64,000 bases of DNA, taken from the NCBI GenBank assembly GCA_963692915.1, contig OY843584.1, positions 1,504,001-1,568,000 on the forward strand. Reading direction: 5' to 3'. Position 1 is the first letter of the stretch. Every line of letters begins with the position of its first letter. The translations under genes were made by a program, and so were the position numbers. The notes beneath the pieces were generated by a model. It saw nothing but the letters and a program-made list of their open reading frames with translations, had not been told where the DNA came from and made no database searches. Positions 9,202 through 18,148 of this stretch are shown one piece after another. The DNA comes from Cenarchaeum sp. (GTDB lineage Archaea > Thermoproteota > Nitrososphaeria > Nitrososphaerales > Nitrosopumilaceae).

Positions 9202-10293
9202 TGTTTTATACGAAAAGTAGTAGACTCACTCATTCGAGTCCACCTCCATCCACCTCGGGTTCTCCGCCCGGACCCGCCCGTCGGCCCTGCGCCTCCTGTA
9301 GGCCAGCAGGGGCGTCTCGCCGCCCTTGATGTCCAGGGCGAAGTGGAGGCGCCTCTCGTTGTAGTACGCGATGAACTCGGGGACCCCGCCAAAGTGGCCG
9401 ATCTCCGTCTCGAGCGTCTGGAAGAACCTCTCGACCTTGCCGTTGGTCTGGGGGTGGCGGACGCGCGCCATGAGGTGCGCTATGTCGCGGTCCAGCAGCT
9501 CCCGCTCGAAGAGCGTCGGCGTCCAGCTGCGGCTCGGCGTGCCGCGCCGGCTTGCCGTGAACTGCGTGCCGTGGTCCGAGAGGATCTGCGCCGGCGCGCC
9601 AAACATCCTGATCGCCTTTCGCAGCGCAAGCACGGAGTTTTCCGACGTGGCCTCGGCGAACACGCCAAAGCCCGTGACGCACCGCGACGCGTCGTCGAGG
9701 AACACTATGAGGTGCGAGCCCGCAAGTGGCCCGTATTTCATTATGTGCCAGTCCACGTGCCACAGCGCGCCGGAGTGCGCGCGCTCGAACCTGACCCACT
9801 TTCGCCTGCGCGACTTCGCCCGCGACCTCGTGACGAGCCCCTCCGCCAGCATGATGCGGTACACCGACCAGTACGTTATTTTTGAGTTGTTGCCGCGCAG
9901 CCCCTCGGCCACGCGCACGACGCCGGCCGGCCGGTCGGCGTGCTCGCCGAGGACCTCGGCCACCTCGCCGTCGGTGACGTCCCTGCGCGGCCTTCCCATC
10001 GGCCGCGGCTCCGGCGGCGCGCCGGTGCGCCGGCAGTGCGCGCGAAGCCTGTACGACCACGCCCTGGAGATCCCCAGCTCGCGCGCCACCTCCTCGGCGC
10101 TCCGCGTCGCCAGCGTCCTGGCCACGTACCGGAGCGCCCTGTCGTCAAGCCTCCTGACCGGCATGGCGCGCCGGCGGCGGAGCCCCCCAAACGTATGTTT
10201 CGGCAGCCTGCCGGATCCCGGGGCGCCCCCGGGGCTCCCGGATCTGCGCCCGGCAAGCATTCCTGCCCAGTCTACTACTTTTCGTACAAGGCA
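9202..10293 (-). mobile_element. IS481-family insertion sequence, 1092 bp, apparently intact
   Basis: 25-bp imperfect TIRs (TGTTTTATACGAAAAGTAGTAGACT / TGCCTTGTACGAAAAGTAGTAGACT); perfect 15-bp flanking duplication GTTGTGTCACGTGTG at 9187-9201 and 10294-10308. Confidence 0.93.
9226..10164 (-). CDS. IS481-family DDE transposase (integrase core)
   Basis: N-terminal HTH; WHVD / LSDHGTQF / PQTNGKVERF DDE triad. Confidence 0.92.
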   Translation of the reverse strand: MPVRRLDDRALRYVARTLATRSAEEVARELGISRAWSYRLRAHCRRTGAPPEPRPMGRPRRDVTDGEVAEVLGEHADRPAGVVRVAEGLRGNNSKITYWSVYRIMLAEGLVTRSRAKSRRRKWVRFERAHSGALWHVDWHIMKYGPLAGSHLIVFLDDASRCVTGFGVFAEATSENSVLALRKAIRMFGAPAQILSDHGTQFTASRRGTPSRSWTPTLFERELLDRDIAHLMARVRHPQTNGKVERFFQTLETEIGHFGGVPEFIAYYNERRLHFALDIKGGETPLLAYRRRRADGRVRAENPRWMEVDSNE

Positions 10294-10410
10294 GTTGTGT
10301 CACGTGTGTATGAGCTGCCTTGGGCAGTAATGGCCGGAACTCAGTGCGATCCACAGGAGATGAGCGTGCCTGAGACTCTGGGGTTCGCAGGGCGGACTGC
10401 CCCACGGCGT

Positions 10411-11616
10411 CTAGCCCCGGCTCTCTAGTATGTGTCTATATTCACGCGACTTGCGGGCCAGCTCTACGAGCAGATCCAAATTTTCGTCGCTAAGGCGCAG
10501 CCTGCATTCTGCATTATATGCTAGCACGAATCGCTTTAGTCTCCTCGTTCCATCCGGCAATGCGCTGTCATGAGGCGCTAGGAAAATTAGATCAGCGACG
10601 CTTTTTCCAACTGACAACGCTGCAAAGGTGCGCTTTGATGACCCCCCGCCATCGTCAAAATATAACCATGATTTTTTGACTGTGGTTACATTGAATCTAT
10701 CTTGTATCATTTTGGTCAATTTTATGACTCGTGCGCGTACCTCGGGGTTTGCCTTTGCAAGTGCGACTGACCATTTTTTGCTTGGCGGTTTACGAGTTCT
10801 TTTTCTTGTACCTCCTGTTTTCCCTCCTGATAGTTTTCTACCTCTTACTACAAAACCATTCACTTTGCTTATAATCACATCAGTTCTTTTTACAAGTGCG
10901 TCATAAGACTGTTTATCTCTTTTATCAATATCCGGCAAGTCGGCTGAACTATTAGTTGATTCCCATTCTCGTGATTTGGCAAATTTAATTAAATGATTTT
11001 CTAGATTTTTCCGCACGTTCATATCGCTAAATATTTCTTCAAACAATATTGCAATATGAGTGAATTTCTTATTTGCCCAATGCTTATTGATAATTCTTTT
11101 ATACGCACATTTTGTTTCTCCAACATAAGCTGTGTTGTCGTTTAGATTCATCAAAATATAGACGCCGGGCTTTTTTTCTGAATCAATTTGTTTTACTGCC
11201 ATGTTGAATATTTTTTTGTTTTTTTCACAAAAAACAAACAAAGTTGTGGGTTTCATTCCTCCGTAGATGTAGCTTCCTTCTGTTACGCTTTTTAAATCTT
11301 CCCAATAGGAGTAGCTAAATCCTTGATGGCTGCCCAATGTATCATGATAACTAAATGTGCCATGTCGACTATTCTGAGCAGGATGAGATGTTTTAACGCG
11401 TGTATTTAGACCATACACGCCTGGCCGTATGCGCTTAAACTTCTTCGGATTTCTATATACGTGGCTTGCTATGCTTGATCTAGGTTCTTTGTTACGGATG
11501 GGCGCAAGTCTTTTCTGTAATATTTTATTTGTGATCTCTGGGATACTCATGGGCTCATGCTCTGCCAAGACCTTTGCTATGGCGTCTATCTGTTTGAGCA
11601 CTTTTAACGTGCGCAC
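10411..11616 (-). CDS. HARE-HTH + GIY-YIG nuclease + C-terminal domain (DUF5655-like?)
   Basis: N-terminal winged HTH (PMSIPEI...PGVYGL); PGVYIL...AYVGET...R...H...LE GIY-YIG core; AT-rich. Confidence 0.75.
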   Translation of the reverse strand: MRTLKVLKQIDAIAKVLAEHEPMSIPEITNKILQKRLAPIRNKEPRSSIASHVYRNPKKFKRIRPGVYGLNTRVKTSHPAQNSRHGTFSYHDTLGSHQGFSYSYWEDLKSVTEGSYIYGGMKPTTLFVFCEKNKKIFNMAVKQIDSEKKPGVYILMNLNDNTAYVGETKCAYKRIINKHWANKKFTHIAILFEEIFSDMNVRKNLENHLIKFAKSREWESTNSSADLPDIDKRDKQSYDALVKRTDVIISKVNGFVVRGRKLSGGKTGGTRKRTRKPPSKKWSVALAKANPEVRARVIKLTKMIQDRFNVTTVKKSWLYFDDGGGSSKRTFAALSVGKSVADLIFLAPHDSALPDGTRRLKRFVLAYNAECRLRLSDENLDLLVELARKSREYRHILESRG

Positions 11617-11857
11617 TACTACCCCCGTGTTAATAAATATGCCTGTGCCGCAGACTGCCTCTGGTGACAGCTACGTTTGGCTGTAGTGTGAACAAGTCGG
11701 CCGAATCGTCCTAATTCTCTGAGATCACGTAACGCCGAACTCTGGGTCTAACCTGCAGTTGTGGCGTGTCCAAAAAATATCTGCTTCCAAGCGATCGTTT
11801 GCTGTTCATATGCAAAAGATGACAATTATTTGGGGAATATAGAAACATCAAAACACC

Positions 11858-12385
11858 TCATGCAGCATTGAGTTTTAATCGACCTGTCTTTTTCCATTGG
11901 ACAAATCTCGCGTTCTTCGAAAATGCTCGTGTTAGCTTCTTTGCGCAGCTATCGGCGGCGACTTGAGTGTTTTTGAGAGTGTCGATACTATAACACACTG
12001 GCTTTTCATAGTTCCCCGACACCCCCTCTGGGGTTATGGTATCTATGCAGTGTGCTAGACCATTTCGAACCTTCCTGATCTTCTTTAGAGATCGGTTAAT
12101 GCCGTAGATGCTGGTGTGATTTCCGACCGTGTTGTCTCTCTCCTTGGTGCTCATATTGCGCATCTTGGCTCTAATTTCATTTTGTGACACCTCGCTTATT
12201 TTCCCGCTTGTTTCTAGGGCGACAAACGTGAGATATTCGACCACCTTGTGATCTATGCGACTGACACTAAGCACTATGCCCATGGCGGCCTCTAGCGTCT
12301 CGCACTTGCCCTCACCGTACCTGTCGAGCGCACGTCTCTTGGATCTTGATCGCCTTTTCACGTTCGTGCCTTGCGCAACTCCCAC
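11858..12385 (-). CDS. Small HEPN-domain protein (putative RNase)
   Basis: Helical protein with RNGLAH (RxxxxH) motif; GTG start inferred from a TATA-like box at about 12410-12419. Confidence 0.55.
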   Translation of the reverse strand: MGVAQGTNVKRRSRSKRRALDRYGEGKCETLEAAMGIVLSVSRIDHKVVEYLTFVALETSGKISEVSQNEIRAKMRNMSTKERDNTVGNHTSIYGINRSLKKIRKVRNGLAHCIDTITPEGVSGNYEKPVCYSIDTLKNTQVAADSCAKKLTRAFSKNARFVQWKKTGRLKLNAA

Positions 12386-12706
12386 GAGCAACTTACCGAC
12401 CTGTAAGTAGTTAAATTTTACGGATCGCAGGCAATAGCACCGTGATCGCAGTGTTTTGGGATCGCGCTTGCTCTCTTGCGCATGCACTGCATGCACTACG
12501 TGTATTGTGCCCCCGGCGCCTCGTTACCCACGCGTGCTTGGCTCGTAGAGGCTTGGCGACGTCTACAGAAAAACTTATAACATAATCTCTAGTATATGCG
12601 TGATGATGAAATGTCATGCGGCGCGGCGCTTCGCGATAGCAGGCCGGGACAAGGATCAACGAAATGATGGTCTGCCTCTGCGGGAATTCTTGGGAGGCTG
12701 TTCCTA

Positions 12707-13990
12707 ATGTGGGACTATTGGCTTGATGAGCCGCCGGGCGAGTGCGATTCGGAGTGCGGGCCAAAGTGTGCCTCGCCCATACACCGGACATATGCTGCAT
12801 ACATGGCGCCACAGCCAGTCCTGGAGCCGCTGAATGGCCTAGACGCCACACTCGTCCGCATGTTCGACCTCCGCATTGCGCTCGACTTTCTCCTGAACGA
12901 CATGACCAACCTCGCATGGAGCTCGTCTGACAAGAGTCATTACCTGATAAGGTCGAGGCTTCAGTACATGGCCCTTGACTTTCACACATTTGGTGACATG
13001 GCCGACGGCCTAGTTGAGCAGCTCGACGAGGCTAGACGAAACTCGATCTCGCCCCTCCTCCCCGTCTTGCAGAGGGTGCACGAGCTCGCATCTGGGATGC
13101 CAGATATGCGCCGCAAGGTTGTGCGTCCGGGTACTGGGCTGTTTGGAGACGTAAAGCGGCTCAACGGCAACGAGTACGTGCCCCCATTCGCCGACGAAGA
13201 GTCGTTTCTTGTGTGCGCAAACCTGGCACTCACGTTCATTGACGGACTCTTGTACACGATTCCAGACATATTCTGCTCGGCGTTATCCAAGATCTCGCCC
13301 AACGGCTCTACGGTCAGTCCGTGTGACCATGACTCGATTTCAAAAGAGTCGTCCTCGTATATGCAAAAAAATCCCATACGCTGTGTTGACTTTGACCGGA
13401 TGGGCAAAGACGCGCCACGTGTGGCCACAGAGCTTATCAGGGTCAGGTGGGCACTGCGGTCAGCCCTTGACAGGCACAACTTGGCGTGCATTGACATTGC
13501 GCTTCCAAACCGCATGTCGCGGCTGTGGAACATGCTCTTGCGCCCAAAGCTGATGCTTTGCACAAAGCAGATCATAATAGAGCTCCACACGCTTCTTGCC
13601 CTATATGACACGATGCGCAGCGCGGGCTGCACGCCATCTATGGATGACGCCATTGTCGGGGACTTGCTAAAACATAGAAACGCAATCGCGCGCCTACGGA
13701 ACACAGCAGTCAGCTGGGACGATGCTGCGGACTATGAGCCGTTCTTTGACCTGATCGAGCGCGAGATTGGCCACGAGAGGCTGATCCTTCTTGCGTCTGT
13801 GGCCCACGAGTGGATCCTGGCAAACTCCAACCACTATCAGGAGAAATGCGCCGGATATGCGCTGGTGCCAGACCTGCCCAACATAACTAGGCGCATCGAC
13901 TTTTTGGAGGCTGCGCGCAAGGCCTCATTCTACCGCGTAAAGGCCAAAAATGCGCTCGAGCGCCTCAAGATTCCTGCGATGGTCAACTAG
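12707..13990 (+). CDS. Hypothetical all-helical protein
   Basis: 427-aa ORF with TATA-like sequence upstream; no firm family assignment. Confidence 0.6.
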   Translation: MWDYWLDEPPGECDSECGPKCASPIHRTYAAYMAPQPVLEPLNGLDATLVRMFDLRIALDFLLNDMTNLAWSSSDKSHYLIRSRLQYMALDFHTFGDMADGLVEQLDEARRNSISPLLPVLQRVHELASGMPDMRRKVVRPGTGLFGDVKRLNGNEYVPPFADEESFLVCANLALTFIDGLLYTIPDIFCSALSKISPNGSTVSPCDHDSISKESSSYMQKNPIRCVDFDRMGKDAPRVATELIRVRWALRSALDRHNLACIDIALPNRMSRLWNMLLRPKLMLCTKQIIIELHTLLALYDTMRSAGCTPSMDDAIVGDLLKHRNAIARLRNTAVSWDDAADYEPFFDLIEREIGHERLILLASVAHEWILANSNHYQEKCAGYALVPDLPNITRRIDFLEAARKASFYRVKAKNALERLKIPAMVN

Positions 13991-14055
13991 CGGCCGGGGT
14001 CGCCACGCCCGCATAACGACATGACTTTTTAGCCACTGCGGCCACACGCGCCACC

Positions 14056-16599
14056 GTGATCGCGCGATGGCTGTGCATTCTCCCCGTGGCAGTCGCCGTC
14101 ATGCTGCTCACCGTTACTCCCTTGGAGGCTGACGCCGAGTCCACCAGCATTCGACTTGATCCCGTCCCACGACTCGTAGCCGGCGAATATGCGACATTTA
14201 CTGGCTCGCTCGTGGACTCGTCAGGCCGACCCGTGGCCGGTGCCGAGATTGACATAAAGGATGACGACTTTGGGCCAGATGACTATATCGCAACCGTTCG
14301 CACCGGCTCGGATGGCCGCTTTTCAGCCAGGGTTGTCGTGAAAGACTGGGATGAGTGGGGAGGCGCGACTGACATTTACGCAGTCTTTGAGGGCGCAGGC
14401 GGGTTTTCAAAGTCGCGTAGCGCAACGCAGGAGGCATACGTGAGTTCACGCGGCGCCGGAGGATCGTCCGGAGGCTCACCATCTGGGGGATACTATTTGG
14501 GCGGCTCGCCTCCTGACACATACACACCTGCTGCAAAGTCATCCACTGGCCTCACGCTACGTTTTAGTGCCAATTCTGTGTATGCTGGCGAGACGATCAC
14601 GTTCTCCGGCCAGCTCACGTCCGGAGGTCGGTCACTCTCAGGGGCGACGATCCACATCAAAGAGGACGATCCCGCATGGCGTGATGAGTTCCTTGCAACC
14701 ACCACAACTGACTCGCAAGGGCGCTATTCTGTGACCTGGCGCGCGTCTGCTGCGACATTTGAGACTGACTTTGACGTGTATGCCGTCTTTGAGGGCTCGT
14801 CAGACTATTTGCGCTCGACGTCATACCAGTACACGCTTCCTGTCCTAAAGCGCTCGGGCACGATCACACTAGATACGCTGCCGCGCAGCGTCCACATTGG
14901 TGATCTAGTAACCTTTTCGGGCAACTTGCGCATTCCAGGAGTGGATACAACGAACATACTGGTGTATATAATGGACGAGGACTTTGCCAATCCAGACGAT
15001 CTCCTAGCGACCGCATACGTGGAACGTGACGGAAGCTATTCGGTCAGCTGGGTCGCACGCAAGGTAGACTCTGACAATGTTGCAGACATTTACGCAGTCT
15101 TTGAAGGTGATGCTACGCACTACCGCTTGACGACGTGCGATGACGGACCCACGCGTTCCTTTGGCGGGTGGTGCTTAGACACGGTAAAGCTCTCGATCCT
15201 TGCAGAGCGGCCACGCGTGGAGCCTGACCCGCCGGGAGGCCAATACATGGAACTGACCTATGTGCTCGACTTTATGTCTAGGCCTACAGTTGCCATATCG
15301 CCAAGTCGCGACTCGTATGACGCTGTTCGCCACCACATAATTCCTACCAGGGAAGGCCTCGAGACGCTCTCCTCGGAGCTTTCCGCACGCCATGGAGGCG
15401 ACTGGCTCCTTAACTATGAGGTTCTCGAGAAAGGCAAGTGGAGGGCTAACTCAAGGGCTGACGTTGTGGTCAACCTCATCACGGGTTATGATGACGACTA
15501 TTGCAATGACGTGCTTGGGTGGGCTCCGGGCGTTCGCGAGTCGCGCCCAATCCAGGTATACGTCTGCTCCACGTCGGGGCAGACGACGCATTCCAACGCA
15601 GAGGTTATGCTGACTGCCACGCACGAGTTTATTCATGCGATTGGGTTGGGTCATGTATTTAACAAGAAAAACGACATGATGTGCAGCGTCGAGGACGGCG
15701 TGCCTACATGCCCTCCCTCATACAACGAGGAACCCAGACCATCGAGCTTAGTGCTAGACGCAATCGCCGAGGTATATGGGCGCGATGGTTTTGTCGTTCC
15801 CAACAAAGGTGTCACTAACACGTATTTTGCGATATGGGACGGGCGCACCTCCCCGACCACGCAGGGTGGGACACAGGCGGTTCCGACTATGCGGGGTCTT
15901 GCTGACGGTGGTCGACTTGTACTTGAGACGGTACCCACACGCACGTTCTCCGAGCACGCCTCGTATGTTGAGAGCTTTGGATATTTTGGTCCCGAGCTTG
16001 AGTTCCTGAACGACACGTTCATCCTGCCCCACGATATTACCGTGAGCCTGCGGGAGTGCGGTGGGACGACCTCTTCGTATGACCGAGCATCGAGGACGAT
16101 TCTCATATGCTACGAACGCGTGGCCGACTATGTGGATGTCACATACGAGCTAGATTTTGACGTTGATGATAGCTATGTGTATATATTCAACAATGTCGAC
16201 TTTGAGCTGTACCGCGGCCTTGCCTATGCGCTATCTCACGTGCACGATCTGCCGACTTTTGGATATGGTGTCCACATGGCGGACAGCTTTGCTGCATATG
16301 CCATGCTCACGTTTTACGATGATCCGGCCTTTGGTCAGGACATAGTGTACGACGCGTCCACGCAGCTGTATGCACAAAGCGAGTATGGCACAGGCAACAC
16401 TGCATCACATGCACACGACCTCGAGCGATTTCACAGGATCACGTGCTATGCGTACGGACAGGACACAGAGTCCAACGCGTACCTTGTGACCGAGGGGTGG
16501 CTCCCCGAAAATATCAGCAGATCCTGCTCCTTGACGTATGCTACGATGGTCGATATATGGGACACTGCGCTGTCAGGATACATGCACGGCGTCTACTGA
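14056..16599 (+). CDS. Secreted protein: 3 Ig-like repeats + metzincin zinc protease + DUF4344-like domain
   Basis: Signal peptide; three repeats ending DIYAVFEG/DVYAVFEG; HEFIHAIGLGH with Met-turn; C-terminal ADSFA...ERFHRITCYAYG. Confidence 0.8.
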   Translation: MIARWLCILPVAVAVMLLTVTPLEADAESTSIRLDPVPRLVAGEYATFTGSLVDSSGRPVAGAEIDIKDDDFGPDDYIATVRTGSDGRFSARVVVKDWDEWGGATDIYAVFEGAGGFSKSRSATQEAYVSSRGAGGSSGGSPSGGYYLGGSPPDTYTPAAKSSTGLTLRFSANSVYAGETITFSGQLTSGGRSLSGATIHIKEDDPAWRDEFLATTTTDSQGRYSVTWRASAATFETDFDVYAVFEGSSDYLRSTSYQYTLPVLKRSGTITLDTLPRSVHIGDLVTFSGNLRIPGVDTTNILVYIMDEDFANPDDLLATAYVERDGSYSVSWVARKVDSDNVADIYAVFEGDATHYRLTTCDDGPTRSFGGWCLDTVKLSILAERPRVEPDPPGGQYMELTYVLDFMSRPTVAISPSRDSYDAVRHHIIPTREGLETLSSELSARHGGDWLLNYEVLEKGKWRANSRADVVVNLITGYDDDYCNDVLGWAPGVRESRPIQVYVCSTSGQTTHSNAEVMLTATHEFIHAIGLGHVFNKKNDMMCSVEDGVPTCPPSYNEEPRPSSLVLDAIAEVYGRDGFVVPNKGVTNTYFAIWDGRTSPTTQGGTQAVPTMRGLADGGRLVLETVPTRTFSEHASYVESFGYFGPELEFLNDTFILPHDITVSLRECGGTTSSYDRASRTILICYERVADYVDVTYELDFDVDDSYVYIFNNVDFELYRGLAYALSHVHDLPTFGYGVHMADSFAAYAMLTFYDDPAFGQDIVYDASTQLYAQSEYGTGNTASHAHDLERFHRITCYAYGQDTESNAYLVTEGWLPENISRSCSLTYATMVDIWDTALSGYMHGVY

Positions 16600-16670
16600 A
16601 CGTAGTGCATCCGGCGTCAGGAACATCGTCACAATGCCTCCTAATCTACCCATACGTGGCTATACAAAGC

Positions 16671-17495
16671 ATGACCCATACGCGATCATACATTGGAACA
16701 ACGCGATATTGGGATCTGGGTATTTATGACCCTCCATGTGCCGACTGGCCAGAATTGACGTTCAAAACTGCTGGAATTCAGGTGCTTCGCAGCGCAGACT
16801 CGCCAATACACTATAACGACATCACCAAAAAAGCCATCGATGATGCCCTCATCACGACTGAGGGCAAAACGCCTGAACGGACAATGTATGTTATACTCAT
16901 GCAGGAGTCAAAAACCCCAAACCCGGCAGTTGTGATGCACAAGGATGGCATATTTTCACTTAGTGCTGATTATGATCCTAAACGACAACAGGCTGACGAA
17001 GAACGTGAACATGACATGGATGATCAAGAAGACGTTCTTTCCAAAAACGCTCGCTATATTGGGAAAATGGGCGAATATCGTGTTGCAAGCGAACTGCTAC
17101 ATAGAGACTACAAAGCAAATATTGGTGCTGTTGATGATGGGATTGACATTGTTGCTACCAAAAACCAACATATAGTTTACATTCAAGTCAAAACATCCAA
17201 CAACAAGAATGGCCGACATATATCTGATCTTAGTATCAAATCATTCAAGAAAAACCTATCTGAAAACGTATATTATATTTTTGTGCTGGTAGATAAGCCA
17301 GATATCTCATTTTTAATTATGCCGTATCATGAGATTTCTAAGCAGATTAACCTGGGACAACTTAAAGTGATTAACAAGGGCGAGAAGTATCGGGCTATGA
17401 TCACTCTTCGAGATAACAAGGTATATCTTGGCAAGGTGGGTAATGATGTCACATATTATTTGAATTCGTGGGATATAATAACACAATCATCCTGA
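16671..17495 (+). CDS. HARE-HTH + PD-(D/E)XK restriction-endonuclease-like protein
   Basis: PIHYNDITKKA...TEGKTPERTM (HARE-HTH); GEYRVASELL...DDGIDIVA...IQVKT; start uncertain (16671 or TTG 16755). Confidence 0.8.
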   Translation: MTHTRSYIGTTRYWDLGIYDPPCADWPELTFKTAGIQVLRSADSPIHYNDITKKAIDDALITTEGKTPERTMYVILMQESKTPNPAVVMHKDGIFSLSADYDPKRQQADEEREHDMDDQEDVLSKNARYIGKMGEYRVASELLHRDYKANIGAVDDGIDIVATKNQHIVYIQVKTSNNKNGRHISDLSIKSFKKNLSENVYYIFVLVDKPDISFLIMPYHEISKQINLGQLKVINKGEKYRAMITLRDNKVYLGKVGNDVTYYLNSWDIITQSS

Positions 17496-17638
17496 GTTTG
17501 TGTATCAGCTATGAAGATCTTTCGTGTATAGCTGTTGATAAGCAAAATATTGTTTGACCCTAATGTTAAGAGGCACGACTTGAACACAAAGTGTTTGATC
17601 GAATGAGGAATGAAAGTCAGGACAGATTTCATGGGTCT

Positions 17639-17659
17639 GGGGGGGGGGGGGGGGGGGGG
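17639..17659. repeat. G21 homopolymer
   Basis: 21 consecutive G in intergenic DNA, directly before ATATAAG. Confidence 0.9.
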
Positions 17660-18148
17660 CATATAAGCAAAGATCGGCAAGAGTGACTCGTCATTTTTTC
17701 TGTACGTTGATGGCGTATGGATCCTCATTAAGCGAAAGCTCGCTACAGGGTGACGGAGATTCGGCGTCATCTCTTTCCGGCATGATTCATGGTCAGAATG
17801 CATTGGAGCCGTCGTTCCCGGAAGCTCTCCGCCTGCTGGATGCCATATTGGGTGCATGGTAATTTATTGACTCATTAGTTGTTCATATACTCAAGGTGGT
17901 TCCAAAGCGCTCCCGGACTCGTCTGAAATGTAAGCGGGTCGGTTGAGAGCAGGCATATGATCTACCCATGCCATGACGTTTATAATGGGGCAATGGGGCT
18001 CTCCGGCTTTGATGCTTGGGAGAACTAGTAGTCTGTCACTCAACAGCCCTCTGTTCATTTGCATTGAGCATAGTAAAGCTAGAAACATTGATTATCTTAT
18101 CACGTTTCGCGTATTACTCCTAACGCCTCATTTGGAGTACTGTTCTTA

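Noticed and set aside
17456-17857. 133-aa ORF with poly-Pro
   Set aside because: Depends on the G21 tract, has no recognisable motifs and overlaps the nuclease 3' end
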